Positions 1-8,588 of a stretch of 64,000 nucleotides of DNA are shown in pieces. Below the pieces are notes generated by a model that made no database searches, was not told where the DNA came from, and saw only the letters and a program-made list of their open reading frames with translations. Positions within the stretch are counted from its first letter, which is position 1. Every line of letters begins with the position of its first letter. Source of the DNA: Bacteroidota bacterium. Lineage in GTDB: Bacteria > Bacteroidota > Bacteroidia > 2-12-FULL-35-15. Both the position numbers and the translations under genes were made by a program. Where the stretch lies: positions 80,327 to 144,326 of the forward strand of contig JAOQAG010000026.1 of assembly GCA_025963715.1 (NCBI GenBank), in the 5' to 3' direction.

Positions 1-775
1 TTCTGCCGCTCCTCTGGACCCCGCTGATCTTATCGATCTGGCCATTGAAAAGCAAAACGTAAGCTGGGACAAGGAACGCAACATGCTTGTTTCCACGATC
101 GAAAAATGTGTGGGCGGCATTGTACTGGAATCAAAATTAAATCACAAAATAGATGAGCAATTACGCATCAGCGTGATCTGCAGCATGATCCGTGAAAACG
201 GGTTGAAAACACTTAATTGGGACGAGCCGCAGGAACAGCTGCAGGCGCGCATCCTGAGCCTTCAAAAGTGGCGTCCGCAGGAAAACTGGCCCGATGTAAG
301 CAGCGAAAAATTGCTGGAAACACAGGAAGAGTGGCTGGGGCCTTACCTTATTAATATCAATAAGCTTACGGAATTACAAAAGCTGAACCTGAATGAGATC
401 ATCCGCTCTATCCTTCCCTGGGAGCTTTCCCAAAAACTGGATGAGCTGGCACCAGCAAAGCTGGAAGTTCCCACAGGTTCAATGATCCAACTCAAATATT
501 TTAACGACGGCAGTAAAATAGAAATGGCCGTTCGCCTCCAGGAAGTATTCGGGTTATTTGAAACACCTGCCGTAAACGACGGCCGCAACAAAGTGCTCAT
601 GCAGCTGCTTTCGCCCGGCTATAAGCCTGTACAGGTTACACAGGATCTTAACAGCTTCTGGAACAAAACCTATTTTGAAGTTCGTAAAGATTTGCTTTCC
701 CGCTACCCGCGCCATCACTGGCCTGTTGATCCGTTGACAGCAGAAGCTGTACGCGGGCCGAAGAAAAGAAGATGA
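1..775 (+). CDS. hrpB: ATP-dependent helicase HrpB, C-terminal fragment; the 5' part lies upstream of the window
   Basis: The frame is open from base 2 to the window edge with no stop. The translated tail (...LSRYPRHHWPVDPLTAEAVRGPKKRR) looks like the HrpB C-terminal domain. The listed start at 83 is an internal Met. Confidence 0.75.
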   Translation, partial: SAAPLDPADLIDLAIEKQNVSWDKERNMLVSTIEKCVGGIVLESKLNHKIDEQLRISVICSMIRENGLKTLNWDEPQEQLQARILSLQKWRPQENWPDVSSEKLLETQEEWLGPYLININKLTELQKLNLNEIIRSILPWELSQKLDELAPAKLEVPTGSMIQLKYFNDGSKIEMAVRLQEVFGLFETPAVNDGRNKVLMQLLSPGYKPVQVTQDLNSFWNKTYFEVRKDLLSRYPRHHWPVDPLTAEAVRGPKKRR

Positions 776-830
776 TGTGCTGATGTGCAAATTTCTGATG
801 TGCAGATTTGCTGTGTATGCTTAAAAAACT

Positions 831-852
831 AAACCCTTTCAGGGTTTTTTCT
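831..852 (+). terminator. Rho-independent terminator after hrpB
   Basis: Hairpin AAACCCT-ttc-AGGGTTT followed by a T-run. Confidence 0.6.
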
Positions 853-965
853 CCCAAGAAGGTGTAGATAACAAACGTTGGTATGGAAAGCAAATGGATG
901 TGCAGATTACTTAATGATATGATCAATATGCATTTCTTGTTTGTAACAAAATTACATAAAAAACT

Positions 966-1006
966 GTCATCCCGGGCTTGACCCGGGATCTCATGAATGT
1001 TTGCAG
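966..1006. repeat. Intergenic repeat family A: CCCGGG hairpin plus GGATCTCATGAATGTTTGCAG
   Basis: gtcatcccgggcttgacccgggatctcatgaatgtttgcag. Near-identical copy at 8379-8419 and a partial copy at 6899-6919. Confidence 0.7.
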
Positions 1007-1029
1007 CGCCTAAACAGCAATTACGAACT

Positions 1030-1440
1030 ATGTATCGGAACGCGGATCAAAAATGATTTTTATGATGTTAAAAAAGATCGCCTTTGGCGCTTATGATTAA
1101 ATTATGATTTGATCGCAGTCCAAATCCATCATCATGCTCAATATGCATCATCACGCACAGTAAACACGTAGTATGACAATCACAATTAAAAACAAGATTC
1201 TTCCGGGTAGACGCTTTTGGCCTTGTTCAGTAATAGCGGTAAAAAATCGCCCCGTAAACAACCTTAAGAAAATTATTAAATTCATTTTATCCAATGAAGG
1301 GATGATATGTACTGGCGATTATTTATCCGTGGTTCTTCTGAGCGCCAGCGGAAGAAGAAATTACCTTACAAGGCGAATCCCGCACGTGCGGGATTCTAAA
1401 TTTTGCCCGCCCGAATGAACGAATTCATTCGTTCGGGCGG
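1030..1440. repeat. Third, inverted copy of the ~424-bp noncoding element found in tandem at 60432-61279
   Basis: The reverse complement of 1040-1135 aligns with 60728-60830 (atgat.gatttggact.cgatca.atcata...atcataag.cgcca.aggcgatcttttttaacatc). The reverse complement of 1190-1320 aligns with 60600-60690. The 1313-1400 part carries the CCCGCACGTGCGGG palindrome and ttcttcttccgct..cgctcagaagaacc motif. The element ends in a perfect 38-bp palindrome, GCCCGCCCGAATGAACGAATTCATTCGTTCGGGCGGGC, at 1401-1438. Confidence 0.7.
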
Positions 1441-1671
1441 GCCTTCAAAAAGTTAAAATACAGTAAAACACACAGCACACCAATGAACTAGTGAACTGAT
1501 GAACCAATGAACCATCCGGATTCGTAAAATTCGTTCCTGTTCCTGCCCGAATCGTTCAGGCGGACGTTATCCGTATCCCGCTCATCCCATATAACTACCA
1601 CTCATCTACCAACACTTTTTTTATCGCAAATAAATCCTATTTTTAACAAAAATTTAAAACCCATACATTAA

Positions 1672-3045
1672 ATGAAGTTCAGAAGTATAATATTATCCAC
1701 AGCATTGCTTGCCGGCACTACCGTGATGGCGCAAAAACCTGCTGCAAAACCTGCTACAGCAAAGGCTCCGGCCGCAAAAACCGCTGCTGCAAATACCATT
1801 AAATTCACACAATACGACCTGCCGAACGGTTTGCACGTGATCCTGCATGAAGATCACTCCACACCCATCGTAGCTGTTACCGTTCTGTATCACGTGGGAT
1901 CAAAAAATGAAGACCCTAACCGTACCGGGTTCGCTCACTTTTTTGAACATTTAATGTTTGAAGGATCCGATAACATCAAACGCGGCGAATACATGAAATT
2001 AGTACAAAATGCAGGCGGACAATTAAACGCAAATACTTCGTTCGACCGTACTTTTTACTTTGAAGTGATCCCAAGCAATCAGCTGGAACTGGGCTTGTGG
2101 ATGGAATCAGAGCGCATGCTGCATTTAAAGATCGACTCAGCCGGACTGGAAACACAACGCGGAGTGGTGAAAGAAGAATTAAAACAACGCAATGAAAATA
2201 CGCCTTACGGATCCATTTTAAACGAATCCTTCGGACATGCATTTACCGTGCATCCGTATCACTGGACTCCGGGCGGATCTCCGGAATACATCAACAAAGC
2301 TGCGATGCAGGAATTTGTTGATTTCTACAAAACATTTTATGTTCCTAACAATGCCACACTTTCCATTGCCGGTGATATTACCCCTGCACAGGCAAAAGTG
2401 CTGATCGAAAAATATTTCGGCAGCATCCCGAAAGGAACAAAAGCAATTCCGCGCCCTACTGCCGTAGAACCTGTAAAAACAAAAGAAGTACGCGATACCG
2501 TTTACGATAACATCCAATTGCCTGCCGTTGTAATGGCTTACCACACACCGGCACAGGGCACACCTGATTATTATGCAGTGAACATGCTCACCACTTTATT
2601 ATCGCAGGGAAAAAGTTCCCGCATGCAAAAAAACATTGTTGATAAACAGCAAAAAGCAGTGTACGCAGGTGCATTTCCTTTGCCATCAGAAGATCCGGGC
2701 TTAGCGCTGATCTTCGGTATTACCAACATGGGCGTTGCTCCAACTGATCTGGAAGCATCTATGAATGCGGAATTCGACAAAACAAAAAATGAGCTGATCT
2801 CGGAAGAGGAATATCAGAAATTACGCAACCAGGTAGAAAATGATTTTGTGAGCGGCAACGAAAAAATGGCCGGGATTGCCGAAAATCTTGCGAATTATTA
2901 TGTGTATTACAAAGACGCAAACCTGATCAACACGGAAATTGACCGTTACCTGAAAGTAACCCGTGAAGACATTCAGAAAGCAGCTCAAAAATACCTGGTA
3001 AACACCAACCGCGTTGTGCTTTACTATTTACCGAAACAACAGTAA
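1672..3045 (+). CDS. M16 family zinc peptidase (pitrilysin/insulinase-like), secreted, catalytically competent
   Basis: Signal peptide. Inverted zinc-binding motif HFFEH (HxxEH) near the N-terminus plus a downstream Glu. 457 aa, typical M16 architecture. Confidence 0.85.
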   Translation: MKFRSIILSTALLAGTTVMAQKPAAKPATAKAPAAKTAAANTIKFTQYDLPNGLHVILHEDHSTPIVAVTVLYHVGSKNEDPNRTGFAHFFEHLMFEGSDNIKRGEYMKLVQNAGGQLNANTSFDRTFYFEVIPSNQLELGLWMESERMLHLKIDSAGLETQRGVVKEELKQRNENTPYGSILNESFGHAFTVHPYHWTPGGSPEYINKAAMQEFVDFYKTFYVPNNATLSIAGDITPAQAKVLIEKYFGSIPKGTKAIPRPTAVEPVKTKEVRDTVYDNIQLPAVVMAYHTPAQGTPDYYAVNMLTTLLSQGKSSRMQKNIVDKQQKAVYAGAFPLPSEDPGLALIFGITNMGVAPTDLEASMNAEFDKTKNELISEEEYQKLRNQVENDFVSGNEKMAGIAENLANYYVYYKDANLINTEIDRYLKVTREDIQKAAQKYLVNTNRVVLYYLPKQQ

Positions 3046-3111
3046 ACCGGAAATTATAAATTAAAAAAATAATTCCGGTTGAAACCGGGAAATAAATTCA
3101 AGATCTAGAAA

Positions 3112-5223
3112 ATGAAAAAAGTAATAACATCCATAGCAACCGTTTTTATTGCAACAGCAATGTTCGCACAAACAAAACCGGCTCCGAAAGCACCGGCAGC
3201 AAAGCTCGATAGAAGTATCCGTCCTGTGCCTGCTCCTGCTCCCATGATCAAATTAGGCGATATTCAATCGTTTACACTGGCAAACGGCTTAAAAGTATTT
3301 TTGGTGGAAAACCACAAAGCGCCTACCGTTGCTTATTCCATCGCATTGAATATTCATCCTGCACTGGAAGGTGATGCAGCCGGACTGGCAAGCATTACCA
3401 GCGAATTGCTGACAAGCGGAACAAAAACACGCTCGAAAGATCAGCTGGATAACGACATCGATTTTATTGGTGCCACGCTGAGCGCTTCACCAACAGGGCT
3501 TTATGCAGCATCTTTGAAAAAACAAAACATTAAATTACTGGATTTAATGTCGGACGTTTTGTTAAACGCAAACTTCAAACAGGAAGAATTAGATAAGATC
3601 AAAACACAAACATTGTCAGGATTGGCGCAGGAAAAAGACGATCCGGATGCGATCTCCAAAAATGTGATGGCTGTTTTGAACTTCGGTAAAAACCATCCTT
3701 ACGGCGAAAACACTACGGAAGAGAGCGTTGGCAAGATCACCATCGATAAATGCAACAATTATTACAAAACCTATTTCCGTCCGAACGTGGCGTATTTAGC
3801 CATTGTTGGAGATGTTACCCTTGCGGAGATCAAACCATTGATGGAAAAATATTTTGGCGCATGGCAATCCGCTCCTGTTCCTGATGCACAATTTGCACAG
3901 CCTGCAGCTCCCGCAAAAACACGTGTAGCAGTGGTGAACAAAGCGGGTGCAGTTCAATCCGTGATCAATGTTACATACCCTGTTGATTTAAAACCAAACA
4001 GCGACGATGTGATTAAAGCACGCGTGATGAACACCATTTTAGGTGCCGGATTTTCTTCCCGCCTGTTCATGAACCTGCGCGAAAAACACAGCTATACTTA
4101 TGGTTCTTATTCATCATTGAACAACGATGAGCTGGCTGGCCAGTTCAGCGCTTACGCGAAAGTAAGAAATGCCGTAACCGATAGCTCCGTTAACGAGATC
4201 CTGAAAGAATTGAACCGGATCCGTACCGAAAAAGTACCACAGGACGAATTAGACGGCATCAAAAATTACCTGACCGGAAATTTCGCGATCTCCCTGGAAG
4301 ATCCTGAAACCGTTGCACGTTTTGCCATCAACATCGAGCGTTATCATTTACCAAAAGATTATTACGCAAATTATTTGAAAAATTTAGCGGCCGTTACCGT
4401 AGATGATGTATATGCCATGGCGCAAAAATACATCCGCCCGGAAAATGCGACTATCCTTGTAGTAGGCGACAAAGCGGAATTATCTAAAAGACTGGAGCGT
4501 TTCAGCCCGAGCAAAACCATTGAGTTTTATGACAATTATGGAAATGTAACAGTTAATGTAGCTGCGAAAGCAATACCTGCAGGTGTTACTTCTAAAACCG
4601 TGATCGATGCGTACATCAAAGCGATCGGCGGCGATAAGGTAACTGCTATGAAAGACCTGAAAACAGTTTACAGCGCTGAGATCCAGGGACAAAAACTGGA
4701 ACTGACCACCATGCAAAAATCACCAAACAAATACAAAATGATGGTAGGTGCAGGCGCAATGGTTGTTCAGCAAAAAACATACGACGGTGCAAAAGGGAAA
4801 GAGATGAACATGCAAACCGGTAAAAAAGAGGTGACCGGCGACGACCTGGAAGCATTAAAAGCGGATGCAACTCTGAACGAGGAAATGCAATATGAAAAAC
4901 TGGGCTTTACACTTACATTAAAAGGCATCGAGCAGATCAACGGCAGCGATGCTTACATCCTGGAAGTGACCAATGCAAAAGGTAAAAAATTCACAGAATG
5001 GTACGATGTGGCAAGCGGCTTAAAAGTACGCGCATTGCATACCGAAGACACACCACAGGGGCCAATGGTACAAACATCGGATTTCCTTGATTACAAAGAC
5101 ATGGGCGGAATTAAATTCCCTGGCGTGATCGCCACCAACATTGGGCCAATGCCATTAAAATTAACATTGCAATCCGCTGATGTGAATAAAGGCATCAAAG
5201 ACAGCGAATTCAGCGTTGACTAA
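3112..5223 (+). CDS. M16 family peptidase-like protein, probably the non-catalytic partner subunit, with a C-terminal extension
   Basis: Signal peptide. M16 active and inactive domain-like regions but no HxxEH motif. Immediately downstream of the catalytic M16 gene, which is the typical paired arrangement. Confidence 0.75.
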   Translation: MKKVITSIATVFIATAMFAQTKPAPKAPAAKLDRSIRPVPAPAPMIKLGDIQSFTLANGLKVFLVENHKAPTVAYSIALNIHPALEGDAAGLASITSELLTSGTKTRSKDQLDNDIDFIGATLSASPTGLYAASLKKQNIKLLDLMSDVLLNANFKQEELDKIKTQTLSGLAQEKDDPDAISKNVMAVLNFGKNHPYGENTTEESVGKITIDKCNNYYKTYFRPNVAYLAIVGDVTLAEIKPLMEKYFGAWQSAPVPDAQFAQPAAPAKTRVAVVNKAGAVQSVINVTYPVDLKPNSDDVIKARVMNTILGAGFSSRLFMNLREKHSYTYGSYSSLNNDELAGQFSAYAKVRNAVTDSSVNEILKELNRIRTEKVPQDELDGIKNYLTGNFAISLEDPETVARFAINIERYHLPKDYYANYLKNLAAVTVDDVYAMAQKYIRPENATILVVGDKAELSKRLERFSPSKTIEFYDNYGNVTVNVAAKAIPAGVTSKTVIDAYIKAIGGDKVTAMKDLKTVYSAEIQGQKLELTTMQKSPNKYKMMVGAGAMVVQQKTYDGAKGKEMNMQTGKKEVTGDDLEALKADATLNEEMQYEKLGFTLTLKGIEQINGSDAYILEVTNAKGKKFTEWYDVASGLKVRALHTEDTPQGPMVQTSDFLDYKDMGGIKFPGVIATNIGPMPLKLTLQSADVNKGIKDSEFSVD

Positions 5224-5246
5224 TAATTTTAAATTCTAATAAAAAA

Positions 5247-5277
5247 ACCGCTCGATTTTATCTGAGCGGTTTTTTTA
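5247..5277. terminator. Rho-independent terminator after the M16 pair; flanked by an A-run and a T-run, so possibly bidirectional
   Basis: ACCGCTC-gattttatct-GAGCGGT followed by TTTTTTT. Confidence 0.65.
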
Positions 5278-5282
5278 TACTT

Positions 5283-5435
5283 TTTTCAGTTCAAAGTTTA
5301 ATTTCAAAAGTTTAAAGTTTTGCTTCGCGCAGATGCCGCGCTTACTTTAGCCTTTGCGAACTCTGCGCCTCCTTTGCGCCTTTGCGGTTAAACACACGCA
5401 GTACCACACAGCTAACTTTAAACTTTAAACTTCTT
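5283..5435. repeat. Composite intergenic repeat: inverted AACTTTAAACTTT arrays flanking a ctttgcg...ctttgcggttaaacaca module
   Basis: cagttcaaagtttaatttcaaaagtttaaag (5288-5320) and cagctaactttaaactttaaactt (5409-5433) are inverted copies of repeat family C. Between them, gcctttgcgaactctgcgcctcctttgcgcctttgcggttaaacaca is family F, with further copies at 27320-27365 and 30250-30300. Confidence 0.65.
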
Positions 5436-5544
5436 TTTATTAGTTTAGAGGCAAAATAAACCCAAACCGGAGGCAACCGGTTCCAACCTTTTACGTCATA
5501 ATTGCGTAGAAGAGGGTGTTTTTAGCTATAAAGGCGCTGAATTT

Positions 5545-6108
5545 ATGAATGAACACGACATTATTAAAGGCTGTTTGAAGAACGACCGTGCGAGCCAAAA
5601 AGCTTTGTACGAGCAATATTACAGTAAAATGTTAGGCGTTTGTTTGCGCTATTCAAAAGATAAGGACGATGCCAAAGATGTACTTCACGAAGCCTTCCTC
5701 AAAGTTTTTAATAACCTTAAAAACTTTAACGGAACAGGTTCCTTTGAAGGATGGATCCGCCGGATCATGGTCAACACCTCTATCGACAGTTTACGCAAGA
5801 ACAAACAAAATTACCTGATTGTGAGTACCGTGTATGCAAATGAAAAAGCATCCAACCTGGCAGATGAAGTAGAAGAAGATGATCTGATCCTGAACATCAA
5901 CAAAGAAGAGATCTTAAAAGCAGTTCAGGAGCTGACACCCGCATACCGCACGGTTTTTAACTTATACGTGATCGAGGAATTTTCGCACAGGGAAATTGCC
6001 GAAATGCTGGACATAAGCGAAGGAACATCTAAATCGAATTTATCAAAAGCGAAGTTTAACTTGAAAAGGAATTTAATGCACTTAATAAAAGCTACACATG
6101 ACAAGTAA
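5545..6108 (+). CDS. RNA polymerase ECF-type sigma-70 factor
   Basis: 187 aa. Sigma-70 region 2 (…DAKDVLHEAFLKVFNNL…FEGWIRRIMVNTSIDSLRK) and region 4 (HREIAEMLDISEGTSKSNLSKAK) motifs. Confidence 0.85.
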   Translation: MNEHDIIKGCLKNDRASQKALYEQYYSKMLGVCLRYSKDKDDAKDVLHEAFLKVFNNLKNFNGTGSFEGWIRRIMVNTSIDSLRKNKQNYLIVSTVYANEKASNLADEVEEDDLILNINKEEILKAVQELTPAYRTVFNLYVIEEFSHREIAEMLDISEGTSKSNLSKAKFNLKRNLMHLIKATHDK

Positions 6109-6832
6109 CATCCCCGAAAACAGTAAGCTTGACGAAGCAGTTAAAAACACTTTGAACAACTATGAAGCGCCGTTTGATAGTGCCGATTGGTCGCGCATGG
6201 AACGCATACTGGATACAGCGCCAAAATCAAGCAACTTCAACTGGTCATATGCAATTGGCGCGGTGCTTGGCTTAGCTATAATTGGCGGAGGTTATTTTGC
6301 ATATACAAATTACACTTCCAAACACAATGATGCAGTAAGCATTACACCTCCACCGGCACCAAAAACCGAGCAGGTAATTACTCCTTCACCAAAAACAACC
6401 ACCACTACCGCCGCACCTGTAACTACAACACCAGCGGTAACACAACCATCAATCACAGCAACACCTCCTCCTGCGATCACGGATAACCAGGCGAACAAAC
6501 CGGCAGATGCTGCAACTACAAAAACACCGGTTGCGAAAGACGATAAATCAAAAGCAAAAAAACAAAAAACAACAGACATCAGCGCTGATCCGGATGCAAA
6601 TGTAATTGTTCACCAACACGTTGCAGGTATGGGTAACGAGCCTGTGTTCGGTGATATGCTTGATTCATCACGAGGCATTATCGGTGAAACAAAAGAAAAA
6701 GACGAAACTAAAAAAGCCGCAAAAGCTAAAAAAGATGTACCTGTTGGCTGGAATGCATTTATGCTACCCAATGTAAATACCGATAGCCTGCGGAAATACA
6801 AAGACAGAAGAGACTCATTAAAAGTTAATTAG
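6098..6832 (+). CDS. Putative anti-sigma factor: single-pass membrane protein with a Pro/Thr-rich low-complexity periplasmic region
   Basis: Overlaps the sigma gene stop by 11 nt. One predicted TM segment (WSYAIGAVLGLAIIGGGYFAY). Thr/Pro/Ala-rich linker. The position is typical of a cognate anti-sigma factor. Confidence 0.55.
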   Translation: MTSNIPENSKLDEAVKNTLNNYEAPFDSADWSRMERILDTAPKSSNFNWSYAIGAVLGLAIIGGGYFAYTNYTSKHNDAVSITPPPAPKTEQVITPSPKTTTTTAAPVTTTPAVTQPSITATPPPAITDNQANKPADAATTKTPVAKDDKSKAKKQKTTDISADPDANVIVHQHVAGMGNEPVFGDMLDSSRGIIGETKEKDETKKAAKAKKDVPVGWNAFMLPNVNTDSLRKYKDRRDSLKVN

Positions 6833-6860
6833 TTTTTTAAGATATACATCCCCGCTTGGA

Positions 6861-6895
6861 AAAACCCTTCTCTACTCCGGAAGGGTTTTTCATTT
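6861..6895 (+). terminator. Rho-independent terminator after the anti-sigma gene
   Basis: AACCCTTC-tctactccg-GAAGGGTT followed by TTTTTCATTTTT. Confidence 0.65.
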
Positions 6896-6898
6896 TTA

Positions 6899-7003
6899 GG
6901 ATCTCATAAATGTTTGCAGTTACACGTAGGCGCTAGGCTCTGCCTGGTGACAATATATAGTGACAAAACCATAATGTCACTAGGCAGAGCCTAGCGCCTG
7001 CAC
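6899..7003. repeat. Partial family A repeat (GGATCTCATAAATGTTTGCAG) followed by a ~27-bp-arm perfect-ish hairpin
   Basis: The arm gtaggcgctaggctctgcctggtgaca (6926-6952) pairs with tgtcactaggcagagcctagcgcctgc (6975-7001), with about 24 of 25 bases matching. Confidence 0.7.
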
Positions 7004-7165
7004 ATATAATAATAAGTAAAAATAATATGAAGGTTCCAGATTCAATACAAACATCACCACTCTGTTTTATAGAAAATAAAAAGATCTCCAAAAAATTTCA
7101 CCTCCACAGGCAACCCTTCAAAAATTACCCGTCTTTTTATCAGGAAACGCAAATCTAAAAAGCGC

Positions 7166-8125
7166 ATGAAAAAACTTTACACTTTATTAATGTTATCACT
7201 CAGCTTGCTGACATTAAAAACGGCAAAGGCGCAGGATCCGCAATTCACGCAGTTTTACGCCAATCCATTGTATTTGAATCCAGCACTTGCCGGAACAAAC
7301 ATCTGTCCGCGCATCTGCATCAATTACCGGAACCAATGGCCCGGCATTTCCGGAACATACGTTACCACCAGCGCTTCCTTCGATCGCTACATTTACCAGA
7401 TCAAAAGCGGAATTGGCGTATTGGTTACCAACGACAGGGCCGGACAAGGAACACTGAACACAACTAACATCAGCGCTATTTATTCGAAACAGATCCAGAT
7501 CAACCGCAACTTATCCATTAATGGCGGATTTAAAGCAACGTACGGGCAAAAATCCATCGACTGGAGCAAGCTTACCTTTGGTGATCAGATCAACGATCAG
7601 CGTGGATTTATTTACAATACAAATGAAACACACGGCGCTACCACCAAATCATTCGTTGATTTTTCGGCAGGATTGGTTGCCTTTACAAAACGCATGTTTA
7701 TTGGGTTTGCTGCCGATCACCTAACACAACCGGATGAAAGTTTGCTGGGCGGCGGACAAAGCAAACTGCCTGTAAAATTTACCGGCCATGCCGGAGCGAC
7801 TATTCCCATTGGCGGAAAAGAATCGGATGCAACCATTTCACCAAATGTTTTGTATCAGAAACAACAGGATTTTCAACAGCTGAATTTAGGTGTATACTTT
7901 ACAAAAGGTGCCATTGTAGGCGGATTGTGGTATCGCAACAGCGATGCATTTATTGTATTGATCGGCGTGCAGCACGGTATGTTTAAAGTAGGATACAGTT
8001 ACGATGTTACCGTTTCCAAATTAACAAACGCAACTGCAGGCTCACACGAATTATCAGTAGGATTACAATTTACCTGTAAAAAACCAAGACCAAAATATCG
8101 CCCGAGCACCTGCCCGAGCTTTTAA
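7166..8125 (+). CDS. Type IX secretion system membrane protein, PorP/SprF family
   Basis: 319 aa. Signal peptide then the hallmark QDPQFTQFYANPLYLNPALAG N-terminus of PorP/SprF. Predicted outer-membrane beta-barrel. Confidence 0.85.
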   Translation: MKKLYTLLMLSLSLLTLKTAKAQDPQFTQFYANPLYLNPALAGTNICPRICINYRNQWPGISGTYVTTSASFDRYIYQIKSGIGVLVTNDRAGQGTLNTTNISAIYSKQIQINRNLSINGGFKATYGQKSIDWSKLTFGDQINDQRGFIYNTNETHGATTKSFVDFSAGLVAFTKRMFIGFAADHLTQPDESLLGGGQSKLPVKFTGHAGATIPIGGKESDATISPNVLYQKQQDFQQLNLGVYFTKGAIVGGLWYRNSDAFIVLIGVQHGMFKVGYSYDVTVSKLTNATAGSHELSVGLQFTCKKPRPKYRPSTCPSF

Positions 8126-8258
8126 AAATATGGAAGATATCCCGTCGGTAACCGGGAGCTTGTGAGAGGGCAAATGTTACCGGGTTAATTTTAATTTTTT
8201 AGTTTGAGAGAGCGGAAAGTCTTGTCCAGAATAGCGGATAAGGCTTTTTGTTTTTAAG

Positions 8259-8299
8259 GTACGGATAACGAACAGGAACGAATATTACGAATCTGTGTG
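8259..8299. repeat. Repeat family D (reverse orientation): gtacggataacgaacaggaacgaa-tattacgaatctgtgtg
   Basis: Reverse complement of cacacagattcgtaatttcgttcctgttcgttatccgtac at 19247-19285. Related copies at 13988-14030, 31810-31845 and 1500-1560. Confidence 0.65.
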
Positions 8300-8378
8300 T
8301 TACAGATTACCAATAAATACAAATTTACAAATCTGTGTAATACTGTGTTTGATTGGGAATACAATTATTCTACGCATT

Positions 8379-8470
8379 GTCATCCCGGGCCTGACCCGGG
8401 ATCTCATGAATGTTTGCAGAATGTTTTTTCGTTCTTAATTAACAGATCCCGGGTCGGCGCTCGGGATGAC
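8379..8470. repeat. Family A repeat arranged as a ~90-bp inverted-repeat (MITE-like) structure
   Basis: gtcatcccgggcctgacccgggatctcatgaatgtttgcag (8379-8419) pairs with the inverted arm gatcccgggtcggcgctcgggatgac (8445-8470). Confidence 0.65.
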
Positions 8471-8494
8471 GACTTCGAAAGGAGAACACTAACA

Positions 8495-8530
8495 ACAAAA
8501 AAAGCGAAGAATGATTCTTCGCTTTTTTTA
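8495..8530. terminator. Bidirectional Rho-independent terminator; serves glyQS on the minus strand
   Basis: A-run, then GCGAAGAAT-g-ATTCTTCGC, then T-run. Confidence 0.7.
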
Positions 8531-8549
8531 ATACACACAGTAAATACCC

Positions 8550-8588
8550 AGCTAACTTTAAACTTTCCAACTTTAAACTTTGAACTTA
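8550..8588. repeat. Repeat family C: (AACTTTRAA/AACTTTCCA) tandem array
   Basis: cagctaactttaaactttccaactttaaactttgaactt. Copies at 19286-19324, 31766-31800, 31845-31885 and (inverted) 5288-5320. Confidence 0.7.

Noticed and set aside
781-815. Short direct repeat tgatgtgca(a/g)atttgctg x2 right after the hrpB stop
   Set aside because: Only two imperfect units. Probably chance or a minor slippage product, with no further support.
1173-1418. 81-aa ORF sharing 'CTGDYLSxVLLSxSGRRNYLTR' with the ORF at 60205-60606
   Set aside because: The similarity arises from the repeated 424-bp noncoding element read in the same frame. There is no codon-usage or start signal support, so these are treated as DNA repeats.
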